DNA from: Octopus bimaculoides
Lineage: Eukaryota
DNA length: 33,608 nucleotides
Assembly: GCF_001194135.2 (NCBI RefSeq)
Contig: NC_068986.1
Coordinates: 58,830,036 to 58,863,643, forward strand
Reading direction: 5' to 3'
Below are positions 10,401 through 21,789 of this stretch, piece by piece (position 1 is the stretch's first letter; each line of letters begins with the position of its first letter). Below the pieces are notes generated by a model, which saw only the letters and a program-made list of their open reading frames with translations, did no database searches and had not been told where the DNA came from. A program made the translations under genes and the position numbers.

Positions 10401-12224
10401 AGCCGAGTAGGTATCTGTGTTTGCTTAGGACTACCTAAAACAGCTGAAACAATTAGCGAAAGCATGGCATGTTGTCGAGTTATACTCGTTTGCGTGTGAT
10501 GACTGATTTTTAAATAAAAAATGAAGTCAAAGTAATCAATAGCATAAATTTGAAAACAAGACAAAGTAAAGTATATTAAATAATATACAAGTTATACTCT
10601 TTTCCTTTTTGAAATTATCTGCTCTTCGAAAGGAAATAAACAAGCACCTATCAGCAATTGCTATCGACTCTAAACCGAAAAGAAAACAATCATCTCAAGC
10701 AATCAACAATTCTCAGGAATTAAAAATGTTTCTTTTTTTCTGGAAACAAAACAAACAGCTGTACATGTCCAACGCATGCACACAGGTCTCGTTTGTTGGT
10801 TCATACTTAAATATAAACAACAAACATAAAATTGTAAAGTTTTACTTCAGGGAAATTTAACTGTCGTTTCTGGCGTTTTTAGATACCAATGGAGGCTTTC
10901 TTGTTGCCAGAGTCTGGTACTGCGTGATTTGCGGGAGAATCAGCTGGTATTTCTATGAGGTGTACTCGCAATGTAGATTTCACATATTGTATCATACATA
11001 GATTAGACAATAGGGTGTAATGTGATGGAGTGTTCACTGTTACGTCAACTAGGCCGAGATATCGTGAAGAGGATTCAATAGTGGTTCATTCGTATATAAT
11101 ACAATACGTTGTGATCTTAGATTTAGAGCTAAGAGTTGATTACAATATCAGCCTGGTTATTGCTCCCACATATAGGCCTTTGTTGTCGGTTAATGAATAC
11201 ACACATACATACACACACGCACATACACAATCATACACCATGTATGTATGTATGTATGTATGTATGTATGTATGTGTGTGTGCATGTATGTATGTATAAG
11301 TATATGAATAACATTTTACTGTAGCATTCAAAGTAAATTCCAGCAATAAATTGCTTTAGTAAATTGCTTTGTTTTTCATTGTATATCAAATCATACAGGC
11401 AAATTACGTATTATACACCAACCAGAGACCTCTGTTTCAAAGGCGATTGAAATCGCCCGGTAAGGATTTAACGGCAAGGTTATCAGGGGAAAAACATGGA
11501 AAGAACGGAAGTAAAATTACAAGCTTATTTATAGACACCACTTACTGCCGATCAGTTATCTATGGAATTAGCAGACGCTTACAAAATAAATTTCGCTCCG
11601 CGTAACTGGAAATCAAATTACAAAAATTATCGAGCAATGTGGCACCAAAAATTAAGAAATTAAACTTTCTACTTCAGAGTTGTAAGTATTAACAAAATAT
11701 GAGAAAATTCTACAGTTGGATTGAAAGTAACTTCTAAGAGACTATATATTTGTTAAATTCCCAGACTTCTACATTTGTACTCAGCGAAATTCAGGCTGTT
11801 GTGGTTACGTTTAAGAAAGTAAAATTTGCATCACGGTAATAGATTCGGACGAAAATGACATCAAATTGATTATACACAAACGTTGTTGTTGGATGTCATG
11901 GAGACGAGCTCAACATTATTTGAAGTAATAAGCCAGATCTTCCAAACATTACAAACACATACATACATGCATAATACATACATACATACATACATACATA
12001 CATACACGCGTATACACACACATATGCGCATGTACGTACATACACACACGCCTACACACGCACGCTCACGCATACACGCACGTAGACACATAGACATAAA
12101 CACACACACACATACAATCTTATTTAAACTGAACTACTTTTTCGTGACTCGTGTTTCATGCAAAAGATATCGTCAGGTGATAACTGACAAGAAAAGCAGT
12201 TCTCGCCTGATGAATACCCGACTA

Positions 12225-12295
12225 GTACTCATTATCTACCGTGCTCACTGCAGAAACGGGAAATTAAGTGTCTTGCTCAAGGACACAACATGCCA
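12225..12295 (-). mobile_element. SINE family B fragment
   Basis: Reverse complement contains GCATGTTGTGTCCTTGAGCAAGACACTT. Confidence 0.65.
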
Positions 12296-12570
12296 TACAC
12301 CATACACCATTCACCGTACACTATTAATCATAAAGCAGTCACTAAACACCATTCCCCACGCACCATACACTACTCATCAGTCACCACTCACAACTTACCA
12401 TCTCCCATTCTCCTTTCTTTATTCGCTGTTCTTCCCTCACCATTCATCACTCAACATTCTGATTTTCACCACTCGCAATTCACCGTCTTCCATTCACCAA
12501 TCTCTGCCATCACTCACCATTCACCATACATCATTCATCATTCACTATATATCCTTCAGCATTTACCATC
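12291..12570. repeat. Degenerate heptamer satellite, consensus CACCATT
   Basis: In-phase 7-mers from 12298: caccata caccatt caccgta cactatt aatcata aagcagt cactaaa caccatt ccccacg caccata cactact catcagt caccact cacaact taccatc, continuing after a break. Confidence 0.85.
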
Positions 12571-12754
12571 CCGTCTTTTCAAACATATTTTCTCTCAGAC
12601 TAGGCTATTCGAAATGAACTTTCCCTTTTTTTCCTCCCCTTTCGAAGACGGCAGAACTTGAACTGAGAGAAATTTGACCGTTACTTCTAGTAATGTAAAC
12701 GACCATTTAGGAACTCCCGCATTGGTTCCTCAGCAAAGTTAATGTCGTTAATGT

Positions 12755-12955
12755 TGTTTAACCCCAACTCTACCACACTTCAGTCTATAATTGAGTAGAT
12801 CTATAATGAAAAACATTCCAGTCATACACATCTCGTCTAGAACTACTTATTGAATGCATGCCTTTCTTATTCAAGACAGCCGGATGTGATTAAGTGATTG
12901 CGTTGCTATTTGTTGCATTTCGAGCGACCACCTAGGGACGCCCTGATTGAAACGC
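12755..12955 (-). repeat. Unnamed ~200-bp dispersed repeat, family D
   Basis: GTTGTTTAACCCCAAC...ACATTCCAGTCA...TTCAAGACAG...GTGATT...TTGCTATTT...TCGAGCGACCAC. Homologous to copies at ~17690-17890, 21790-21970, 22035-22200, 30485-30665 and 31205-31345, with fragments at ~10900-10975 and ~21075-21115. Confidence 0.6.
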
Positions 12956-13225
12956 CAACTAGGTCAATGATTATTTATTTATTGATGGAATGTGAAAAGA
13001 AACCGATAAACTAACACTTTATTGAATGCATGTAATTATTTGTGAATTCATGTATAGTTCAAAACACACACACACACACACACACCCATAAATATAGGAG
13101 TATGTATGTACCGTAACTATACGAATATCATGCGTGTCTTTATTTATGTATATAGGTGTGGGTGTTGTGTGTATCTGTGTGGCAGAAATAGAAACGTATG
13201 TATGTATATATGTATATATTCATAC

Positions 13226-13288
<63 letters not shown>

Positions 13289-13433
13289 NNNNNNNNNNNN
13301 NNNNNNNNNNNNNNNNNNNNNNNNNNNNNNNNNNNNNNNNNNNNNNNNNNNNNNNNNNNNNNNNNNNNNNNNNNNNNNNNNNNNNNNNNNNNNNNNNNNN
13401 NNNNNNNNNNNNNNNNNNNNNNNNNNNNNNNNN

Positions 13434-13484
<51 letters not shown>

Positions 13485-13528
13485 CATAGATATAGATATA
13501 CATAGATATACATATATATATATACATG

Positions 13529-14398
13529 AAATACACATTAAATACGGGACATCACCAACGAGTGAAAAATACGTAAACACACGAGAGACAAATACGGGAC
13601 AAAATGCCAAAAGAAGTATCGACTGTTTATTACTCCCTGTTTCGTGCTTTCAACGACAAGATAGGAAAACTTCATAAGACAGAAGTATTCAGAAATTTTA
13701 AATGTATAACATTTGTGGAGAGTTGGGGCTTCGAAAGAAAAACAACAACAGAATGGACGTACAAAGTAAACAATCGAAGAAGACAAACATTAAGGGCCGT
13801 TAGGCCAAGACGAATTGTAATGAGTAACGCCTGGGAAAAATTTTGAAAGAATACTGAATAAATATAAGAGAAGAAAATAGTAGAAGAGAAAAATGTCGGG
13901 AGACAAGAGGAATGACGTCTAGCTAAGTGGACGTCTGGTCCAGAAAAGACAGAGGCGAGAGAAAAATGGCCTCTTCTTTCAAAATTTTTCCCAGGCGTTA
14001 CCCATTACAATTCGTCTTGGCCTAACGTCAATTGTTTACTCTGTACGTCGATTGTTTACTCTGTACGTCAACTCTGTTGTTAATTTTCGTTCGAAGCCCT
14101 AACTCTCCAAAAATTTTATGTTTTTGAAATTTCTGGATGCTTCTGTCTTATAAAGTTTTCCTATCTTGTCGTTGAAAGTACGAAACAGGGTATAATAAAC
14201 AGTCGAGAACTGAGGAGGGGTTAGACTTCTTTTGGTATTTTGTCCTGTATTTGTCTTTCGTTATGCGTTTACATATTTTTCACTCGTTAGAGATGTCCTG
14301 TACTTATTATGTATTTTTTGGTATTTTGTCCTGTACTTATCTCTCGTGTGTTTACGTATTTTTCACTAGTTGGTGATGTCCTGTACTTGATGTTATTT
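13529..14398. mobile_element. Foldback element: long inverted repeat, putative inverted Penelope pseudo-LTR pair or MITE
   Basis: Left arm 13529-13851 is the reverse complement of right arm 13974-14398 (e.g. GCCTGGGAAAAATTTTGAAAGAA / TTCTTTCAAAATTTTTCCCAGGC). The spacer is 122 bp. The right arm carries a ~85-bp tandem duplication and an ~18-bp extra segment. The inverted repeat is certain; the element class is inference. Confidence 0.85.
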
Positions 14399-14445
14399 TT
14401 GATTCATTTATAATCGAACCCCAGGCAGCCTTGTTCACAGTAAGT

Positions 14446-14498
<53 letters not shown>

Positions 14499-15185
14499 AA
14501 TATGCATATGTATATATGTATGTGTGTATGTATGTATGTTGATTGATTGATTGAATGTATGCTGGCATCCATAAATATTCTATGATTGTTTACGGAATAA
14601 GTTGGTTGTCAAAGGAAAAAGACCCGCCAATAAAGAGCAAACTGACATCAGAGATGCTTCTTACAAATAAACGACAATGATTTAGGTATCTAGAGCTGCT
14701 TTTATTTATTTTGTTATTTTAGCTACTTTTTACATTTTATTCTTTTGATAGAGATCAGATAACACTGAATACTGAGAAGAAACCATCATGTGAACTAAGT
14801 AAATCATCATCATCATCATCATCATGTCGTAGAGATGAAAAGAGATGTAACTTTCAACTCGTACGCAGACACCTGATAGACAAATTACTGTTACATTGAA
14901 CGATTGCCTAATACTTTGTTATGGTTTGTTTTAACGCAATAGCATCACCTGTTTTTCTAGATAAATACTAACATTTATGTATACACGTCCACGCACACAC
15001 GCACACACACACATACACACACACACACACACACGCACACACATAAATAAATATATNNNNNNNNNNNNNNNNNNNNNNNNNNNNNNNNNNNNNNNNNNNN
15101 NNNNNNNNNNNNNNNNNNNNNNNNNNNNNNNNNNNNNNNNNNNNNNTATATATATATTTATATATATATATATATATATATGTGA

Positions 15186-15475
15186 AGGCGTATGGCTCAG
15201 TAGTTAAGGTATTGCACTCACGATTGTGAGATTGTTTGTTCGATTCTCAGACCGGACGTTGCGTTGTATCCTTGAGCAAAACACTTCATTTCACGTTGCT
15301 CTGCGATCATTTCGTCATCTGACATGTGGCACCCGTTACACCTGTAAAGGTAATGTTGATTTGATGGAGGAGGTGAGCTTATATCTACTTTAACATTTGT
15401 TCGCTATAAACAAATCATCTGTGTGGTTGTTCGGTAAGAAAGTGTTGAACAGTCATACGTCGTCTAATGACGGAA
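15186..15475 (+). mobile_element. tRNA-derived SINE family B
   Basis: AGGCGTATGGCTCAGTAGTTAAGG (A box), GTTCGATTCTC (B box), GTTGTATCCTTGAGCAAAACACTTCATTTCACGTTGCTC. Confidence 0.85.
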
Positions 15476-15564
15476 GTGTCCATCGTATTTATATATATGT
15501 ATGTATTAGAGCAGAGACATTTATGCAAAACTTTTGTTGTTACTGCTGCTGCTGATGATGTTGC

Positions 15565-15595
<31 letters not shown>

Positions 15596-16080
15596 GGGGA
15601 AAATTCTCTTCATCAGAAGACTAAAACTCCAACATCACTGTCTGAAAATATGATTATATAATATGTTACTTAGAAATGTTTGGGTTCTCCGAAAATAAAC
15701 AGAGCAAACTGAGTTGCATTTTCTAGACACAAACTATCAGAAGAACAGAAAAAATTTGTAAAACAGGGATTCTCTATTTGCGATGTCCGGGCGAATATAT
15801 GCACTCCTCTGCCACACTTATATATGGAAAACACACACACAGACAAACAGTATTGAAACATGCACACTTGTGTTCTGTTGTGACGCGCTCGCGAGTTCGA
15901 GTTTGTTCACACGCACACATATATGCATATATCAATTAATCCATGTGACGCCAAACTCCCAAGAGCAATCTTGACTTCAAAACAAGAGACTTACCATTTT
16001 GTTTGTGACCAGCTTGAATTTTGCAAAGGTAAAAACTTAGAATATATTCCGAAGGTACATACATACATACATACATACAT

Positions 16081-16420
16081 CTTAGTTCATATGTGTCCGA
16101 CGATGACACAGTCGGTATTCTCAGCGATACAAATCCGCAGTCCGAAGCTGCAAGCACACAGGTTCTACAGGTATCACAGGGATAGTCTGTTGACTGGATT
16201 GAGGCGGACGCTACCCCGTGACGTCTGTTTCTGTCACTGGTCCTCTTCGAAGGCAGCTGTTACTCGTGAGGCGAGAGACCTCCATGCCTCTCTGTCTGCG
16301 GTAGTGGTTTCAAGTTCGCCTGGACTAATGTCGCTCCACTTGAGGTTGCTTTTCAAGGTGTCCTTGTACCTCGATTTAAGCTTTCTTTGTTTAGCGAGCC
16401 CTGCATGAGCTCGCCGTACA
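16081..16420 (-). mobile_element. RTE-clade (BovB-like) LINE 3' end
   Basis: AKQRKLKSRYKDTLKSNLKWSDISPGELETTTADREAWRSLASRVTAAFEED, then RRHGVASASIQSTDYPCDTC, matching an RTE ORF C-terminus with a zinc-finger remnant. (ACAT)n lies on both sides. Confidence 0.85.
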
Positions 16421-17174
16421 ACATACATACATACATACATACATAGTTGCTTACACATTCTCCGTTATCGTTGCATTGCGATTATCTGTAAAGGACAATT
16501 TTTTGAGTTGTGTGAGTGATACGAGAAAACAATTTAGCTGAACGCCTAGTTAAACCATCTATGAAGTCAACTTATGACAGACTGATAACGTATCAGTTCG
16601 GATATTAATTCGAAGCGATTGGTAATTAAGCGACTGAGCGTATCTGGTCTAGGTGGGAGAAGTTCTGTTCAATTTACAGTCAGGTCACTAGTTAGATATC
16701 ATTAATTTCACTGCAAGCAACACGGCTGTTGCCTACAATATTTACAGTGACAGCAGCAACAGTGATGGTAGCAACAGCAGCAGCTGTAGTGGCATCAGCA
16801 GCAAAACCAAGGGTAACAGCAGCAACAGCTACGGAAGTGACCTAACTGGAATCATCGACCAACACCGAATTTTAATTACACTACTCCAGTTTTTCTTATT
16901 ATCATGAATGGTTATCATCGTTACAACTCTCTCCTTCCCCCAGCTCCCCTCCATCATCATCATTATTGTCGTGGTGGTCGTCATCGTCATCATCATCAAC
17001 ATTATCATCGTTGTCGTCGTCATTATCACGAAACCATCACCTCTCCCCCCACCACCACCAACAACAACAACAACGTCATCATCAGCAGCAGCAGTAACAA
17101 CAAAAGATATTTAGAAATGTTGAACGAGGTAGCAGTGGCTAAGTTTAGAGGTCAAATGCGGAAGCAGATGATAC

Positions 17175-17214
<40 letters not shown>

Positions 17215-17330
17215 NNNNNNNNNNNNNNNNNNNNNNNNNNNNNNNNNNNNNNNNNNNNNNNNNNNNNNNNNNNNNNNNNNNNNNNNNNNGAGGAGGAGGA
17301 GGAGGAGGAGGAGGAGCTGGTGCAGCAGCA
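17175..17330. repeat. (TAG)n and (GGA)n microsatellites around an N-gap
   Basis: Directly visible. Confidence 0.95.
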
Positions 17331-17528
17331 GGAGTAACGGTGGGAGAGGTAGAAGATGAAAGAAGAGGAGAAAGAAGAGACGAAGATGATGTAAGTAGCT
17401 CTGAGGTTAAGATGAGATAATGATTGAAGTGGTGTTGGTGTAGACGTTAATATAGAAACAGTTGCTGCTGTAGCATTCGTTGCTGTGAGTTTGTGTGGTA
17501 GTAGTTACTGTGGTGTCGGTAATGCGTT

Positions 17529-17559
<31 letters not shown>

Positions 17560-17689
17560 GGGTGAAAGAACTTATCGTAAAGATCATAATGGTCGATACT
17601 TAAACTGTGTTCTTGCTCTGGTCGTGTGATGATGATGATGATGACGACGACGACCACGAGGAGGAGAAGGAGGTGGAGGAGGATTTGGG

Positions 17690-17890
17690 GGCTATTGTTA
17701 TTTGGCTAGACCTGGTCGGGTACATTTATGATAAAAAGTAACACATGCACGACCATCTTGTTTTTTCTTTATGCGTCCGAAGCCCAGAGCACATCATCTA
17801 ATGTGGACCTTTTCTAAGATAGAGCGTAAGATATGATCTATAAACGATTTGGTGTGCTATTTCTAGCAGTTTGAGCAACTGCGTACTTTC
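17690..17890 (-). repeat. Family D dispersed repeat copy
   Basis: ...ATGATCTATAAACGATTTGGTGTGCTATTTCTAGCAGTTTGAGCAAC, similar to the 30485-30665 copy. Confidence 0.55.
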
Positions 17891-17975
17891 ATTGCTCCGT
17901 TTGAGGTGGCGTAGCTAGTGGTGGTGGTGGTGGTGGTGGTGAAACTACAGCTACTGTTGCTTTTAATAATTGATA

Positions 17976-18105
17976 CTAGTATAGGCATCAAACCGGAAAT
18001 TGAGGAAGGCAGTCAGACCATACATTGGCCCTAGTAAAAGATAAAAGGCAAATTTGCTTCAAAGAATAAAAGGCAAATTTGACGACGGCAGGATCTGAAT
18101 TGCGG
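17976..18105 (-). mobile_element. Decayed SINE family A fragment
   Basis: ATAAAAGGCAAATTTGAC (locally duplicated) followed by GGCAGGATCTGAA resembles the reverse complement of the family A body. Confidence 0.5.
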
Positions 18106-18198
18106 TTGCTTTTGCTCCATAAGGAGCGATATTTTGTTTACGCATCTCCATAAGGGGCGATAAAAGGTCCGTCTAGTTAAAACAAAAACATATACAAA

Positions 18199-18970
18199 AT
18201 GGCGTCATTAACAGCCATCATGTCAGCATCGAAAAGGAGAATTGTTACTTCCACCAACCGTCCCTCAGATGAAGACTTTGCGCCTCTTCCGTCACTTACT
18301 CCCTTAAAAGAGTATGAGCTGATGGGTGACGGCGACAACACCAAAGACAACCTGAATTGTGTAGGAGCGTCAGAAGTACGCAACATTGCAGGAAAAATGA
18401 GCAGTAGAAACATCACCACCATCACAACCACCCAAAAACCGGAGACACACAAAAATAACACCTGGCTCTACATACACACACTCCAGCAAACATAGGAAAC
18501 ACTATCACAACAAACACACACACATAAAAAGCAACACATTAACTCTGCCAGCACAACCGCTGTCAACGCAACTATTGCTACCATCAACAACACCATCGAC
18601 AACACCAACACCACAACCAACACTATCACATCCCCATCTCGCTCCAAAAAGAAGCTCACACAACACTCAACCACACAGACACCAAACCTCATGCTTGTGA
18701 AGACAGCCAACGATGAATTGATGGTTTTCATAGCACGAAATAAAGATAATAGAGAGAAGGGTTGCAATTTGTGACACTAGCATTTTAATGCTAATGCAAA
18801 CTGCACTTCACTTATACAAGAACATTAGGGTTGTTTTCCCTTATGACGTGGCAAGCCCGAATTTAGACGCCACGAACAGACTTCCAAAGAAGTTCCCAAA
18901 GAAACCCCAACCAAACTCAGAGATCAGGCTACTCGCCTGCTGACAGCACCAGGAGTGGGAGATAGGTAGT
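18199..18970 (+). mobile_element. Probable Tx1 LINE ORF1 remnant, internally deleted
   Basis: The ORF MASLTAIMSASKRRIVTSTNRPSDEDF... and a Thr-rich low-complexity tract lie collinearly upstream of the ORF2 start at 19009. The assignment rests on position and recollection; no diagnostic motif was seen. Confidence 0.45.
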
Positions 18971-19008
18971 CTCACACTTTTCCTTTCTTTCAACCATCTC
19001 TGGCCAGC

Positions 19009-20211
19009 ATGGCGAATATTAGAGTAGGTTGCACGTGGCCTGGTATTGTCTTGGAAGCAAGATTGCTTGCTCAATGACCTCTGGTTGCTACGTTTCGATG
19101 TGATAGCCGCCAGCGAAACAAGCGTTTTTGATACGTACTCACATAGGAGGCGGGGTGGAAGTGTTGGTTAGGAAAGGCCTGGATTGCGAAGTACGGACGG
19201 TCTTTCTAGATCCGGATGGTAAGTTGGTGTCTTTCATGTGAGTAAAAGCGAAGGAGATGCGTTTAAAAACTAGTCGCTGTGTACGCTGTGATTGGGGCGG
19301 GGCAGCCGGATTTCTGCAGTCGTTTGGAGGTTTTCCTTGGGATGTCTCGCTCTTTAGTGCAGTAGGTGATTAGAACACCATCTTGGGCACAGGCTTGGAT
19401 AGGGTGGGGGTAGCCGAGAGGAGATGGGGCGTAAAAGCCTCACAAAGATGCTCAGCGGCTTCCTGACTGACAAGAACTGACTGACAAGTACTGACTAGAT
19501 TTCCCGAATGCGCAATGTAGACATGGTCAAAGAGCATTGGGTCTTCCAGATCGTATCTAGATAGAATATTCTGTATTCTGTAGGCCAGTAGAAACAAGTG
19601 GCGGATGTCTACTTCAACTGGCAACAGGACGGGAGAATTCCCAGTACTGTGAGCCGTGGCGTCGTACTAAGAAAGGACTCGAACAATGGGGACGAAAAAG
19701 ATAATTGTAGGCCTGTAACTCTGCTAAACGCAGTTTAAAATTTTGAACAAGGTGTTAGCCGGGAGTTTGGCGCCTGTCGTCGATGAACTGGCCGGTGACG
19801 CACAGAAGGCGTTATCCCAAACATATCTATCCACGACAAATTCCACCTGACACGTTACATCATAGAGAGGATTGGTAAGGAACCCGGCTTAGGTGAAGCC
19901 CTGATGAATTTGGATCAATCAAAAGTTTTTGATAGAATCGACCATCAATACTTGAAGCCTGTCTTCGCGTTGGCCGGTTTTGGTCCGGTTTTCAGAGGCT
20001 GGATTGCTGCAATGTCCAGCGACATCTATTCGGTGGTCAAAGTGAATGGCCACTTATCGGAATTGTTTAGCATCGCACGTTCTGTCAAGGATGCCCACTC
20101 TGACTCCCGTATGTGCTGACTGTCGATCCACTGCTACAGCAGCTGGATGTTTCGAGGAGCACCCCACGTGAACTAGAATGCGAAAGGTTCGCGTCGGCTT
20201 ATGCGGACGAG
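19009..20211 (+). mobile_element. Tx1/L1-clade LINE ORF2 remnant: APE endonuclease plus RT, truncated at the catalytic motif
   Basis: MANIRVGC..RGL...FDVIAASET, GGGVEVLVRKGL, LVAVYA, VGD*N and SYLDRIF (APE), then a deletion, then RPVTLLNA, NLDQSKVFDRIDHQYL..AGFGPVFRGWIAAM..VKVNGHLS and AYADE (20197-20211). Confidence 0.92.
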
Positions 20212-20252
20212 TTTGTTACGAATTTGTTACGAATTTGTTACGAATTTGTTAC
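20212..20252. repeat. 11-bp tandem repeat (TTTGTTACGAA) x3.7
   Basis: Directly visible at the truncation point of the LINE. Confidence 0.95.
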
Positions 20253-21789
20253 CCTTTTAAATCAGGAATAAGTATGAATAAGTACCGTGAAAAAATATAC
20301 ACACGTTTAAAAACATATTCGCTTCCAACCCAGGTAATGAAGTGGGCGTTTAAATATTAAGAAGTACTTTGTTAGTAAAGTGAACTGAGATTTCTTTCTT
20401 TATTTATTTATTTTGCCATCAAGTAATTTTGGAAGAAAATATCTCTTAATCAGAGTTCAAACAAACAATAACAATATTAATAACAATTATAATAATATCT
20501 GAGGCGAGAGCCGGCACTGGTGGTGATGCTGGTTTTGGACGAAGAGTGAAAAGTCAAAGATACATTTTATGGCATTTTTAAGGCGGGAGGTTAAAAAGAA
20601 TGAGTCAAATAGAGAGGAAGAAGAGCTTGAGATGGACATTGAGATGGTGGTTTGCTGATATAGCAATATTTTGAATGTTGCTGTTGCTGCTGCTGTTTTT
20701 GTTACAGTCTTTGATGTTAAAAAGAGTTTTATGGAATCAAAGATGAAATATTGATTTTATATCGTCTCGAATACAGAGTGATTTTGTCGATGTCCATAGT
20801 GAAACCAGACAATCAACCGAGAACAGAAAGGCTTGTGTCCACTTTTCTGCACTGTTGTTGTGCGAGCGCAGAATTGACGAATGGATAAAAAAAATTCGCG
20901 TGATCGATCCCAATGTATGACAATGTATGGTAAGTGTTTTTGACTAATGCCTCAGGTCAATCCAAACCTTGTGATTGAAATCAGAGAGACGGAAACTGTG
21001 TGGAAGCCTATGAAATTGATTGCTCTTGTAAGTCAAAAATCTAACCATTGAAGACACCTTTACAATAGTTTCTCGTCCTGTTAGAAATAGCAAACAAATC
21101 CACAAATCACACAACTTGCACATTAGTAAAAGACTTGCCGGTCTTGGTTGAAATATTTTTGTCAATTGTTTTGCTCATTTAGAGCTGGCCTGGAGTTAAA
21201 CAAACACAGCTACAGCTGAAATATTGATGATTATTATTAGATGCGGTTTAGGGACTTAAGTTACTCGAATAAGTCAATAAAAGACGCTCTTTAAGCACAT
21301 ACAAACGTTGCCCTTTAAGGTCAATTTTTGTGTAAATGGGAATTTACTCGATTGAATCGGCCCCTGTTGACACTAAAGGCATGAAAAGAATCTCAATTCC
21401 AGAAGGTATTAAAGAGAGGCATATTGGCGATGCTAAATTCTGAAATTCATTTAATACGTTACTTTGCCATTTGTCAATATTCAGCTCTCAAAGACAAAAA
21501 AAAAAAATTAAACGTATAATGAATAATGTTTTTTTCTTCTTTTTTATACAACTATACTTCATTTCCTAATTTCTGAAAGCATTCTAGAATTTCAGGTCTT
21601 ACACAATAATTTAGTTCCTGTTGAATACTTCCCGATACTTTAGATCGTAGTTCACAATTTAGAAATCTGGTGTTTTATCATATCTTTGGCTCTCTCAAAG
21701 ACTGATCCAATGTACTATAAGTTTAGCAGCAACAATGTTAGGGAATTTCACTATATATTTCTACACATACTTGAATTCTTATATTCATA

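Noticed and set aside
11546-11605. 60-bp minus-strand exon-like segment with strong ttccAG and GTAAGT sites
   Set aside because: It has stops in all three frames and no supporting neighbours; it cannot be distinguished from chance without RNA data.
14181-14220. CGAAAC...GTC...CTGAGGA read as a type II hammerhead
   Set aside because: Stem I would have only 5 nt, and stems II and III do not pair.
15186-15260. tRNA-like A and B boxes (also at 10277, 23917 and 24544)
   Set aside because: There is no complete cloverleaf or acceptor stem, and each continues into a SINE body, so these are not tRNA genes.
16581-16597. Short hairpins ACTGATA-acg-TATCAGT and GGCGAT-tgaa-ATCGCC (11442-11457)
   Set aside because: Stems of 6-7 bp are expected by chance in 33 kb.
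20212-20252. Short repeat array as a possible CRISPR
   Set aside because: The 11-bp units are contiguous with no spacers, there are no cas genes, and the context is eukaryotic.
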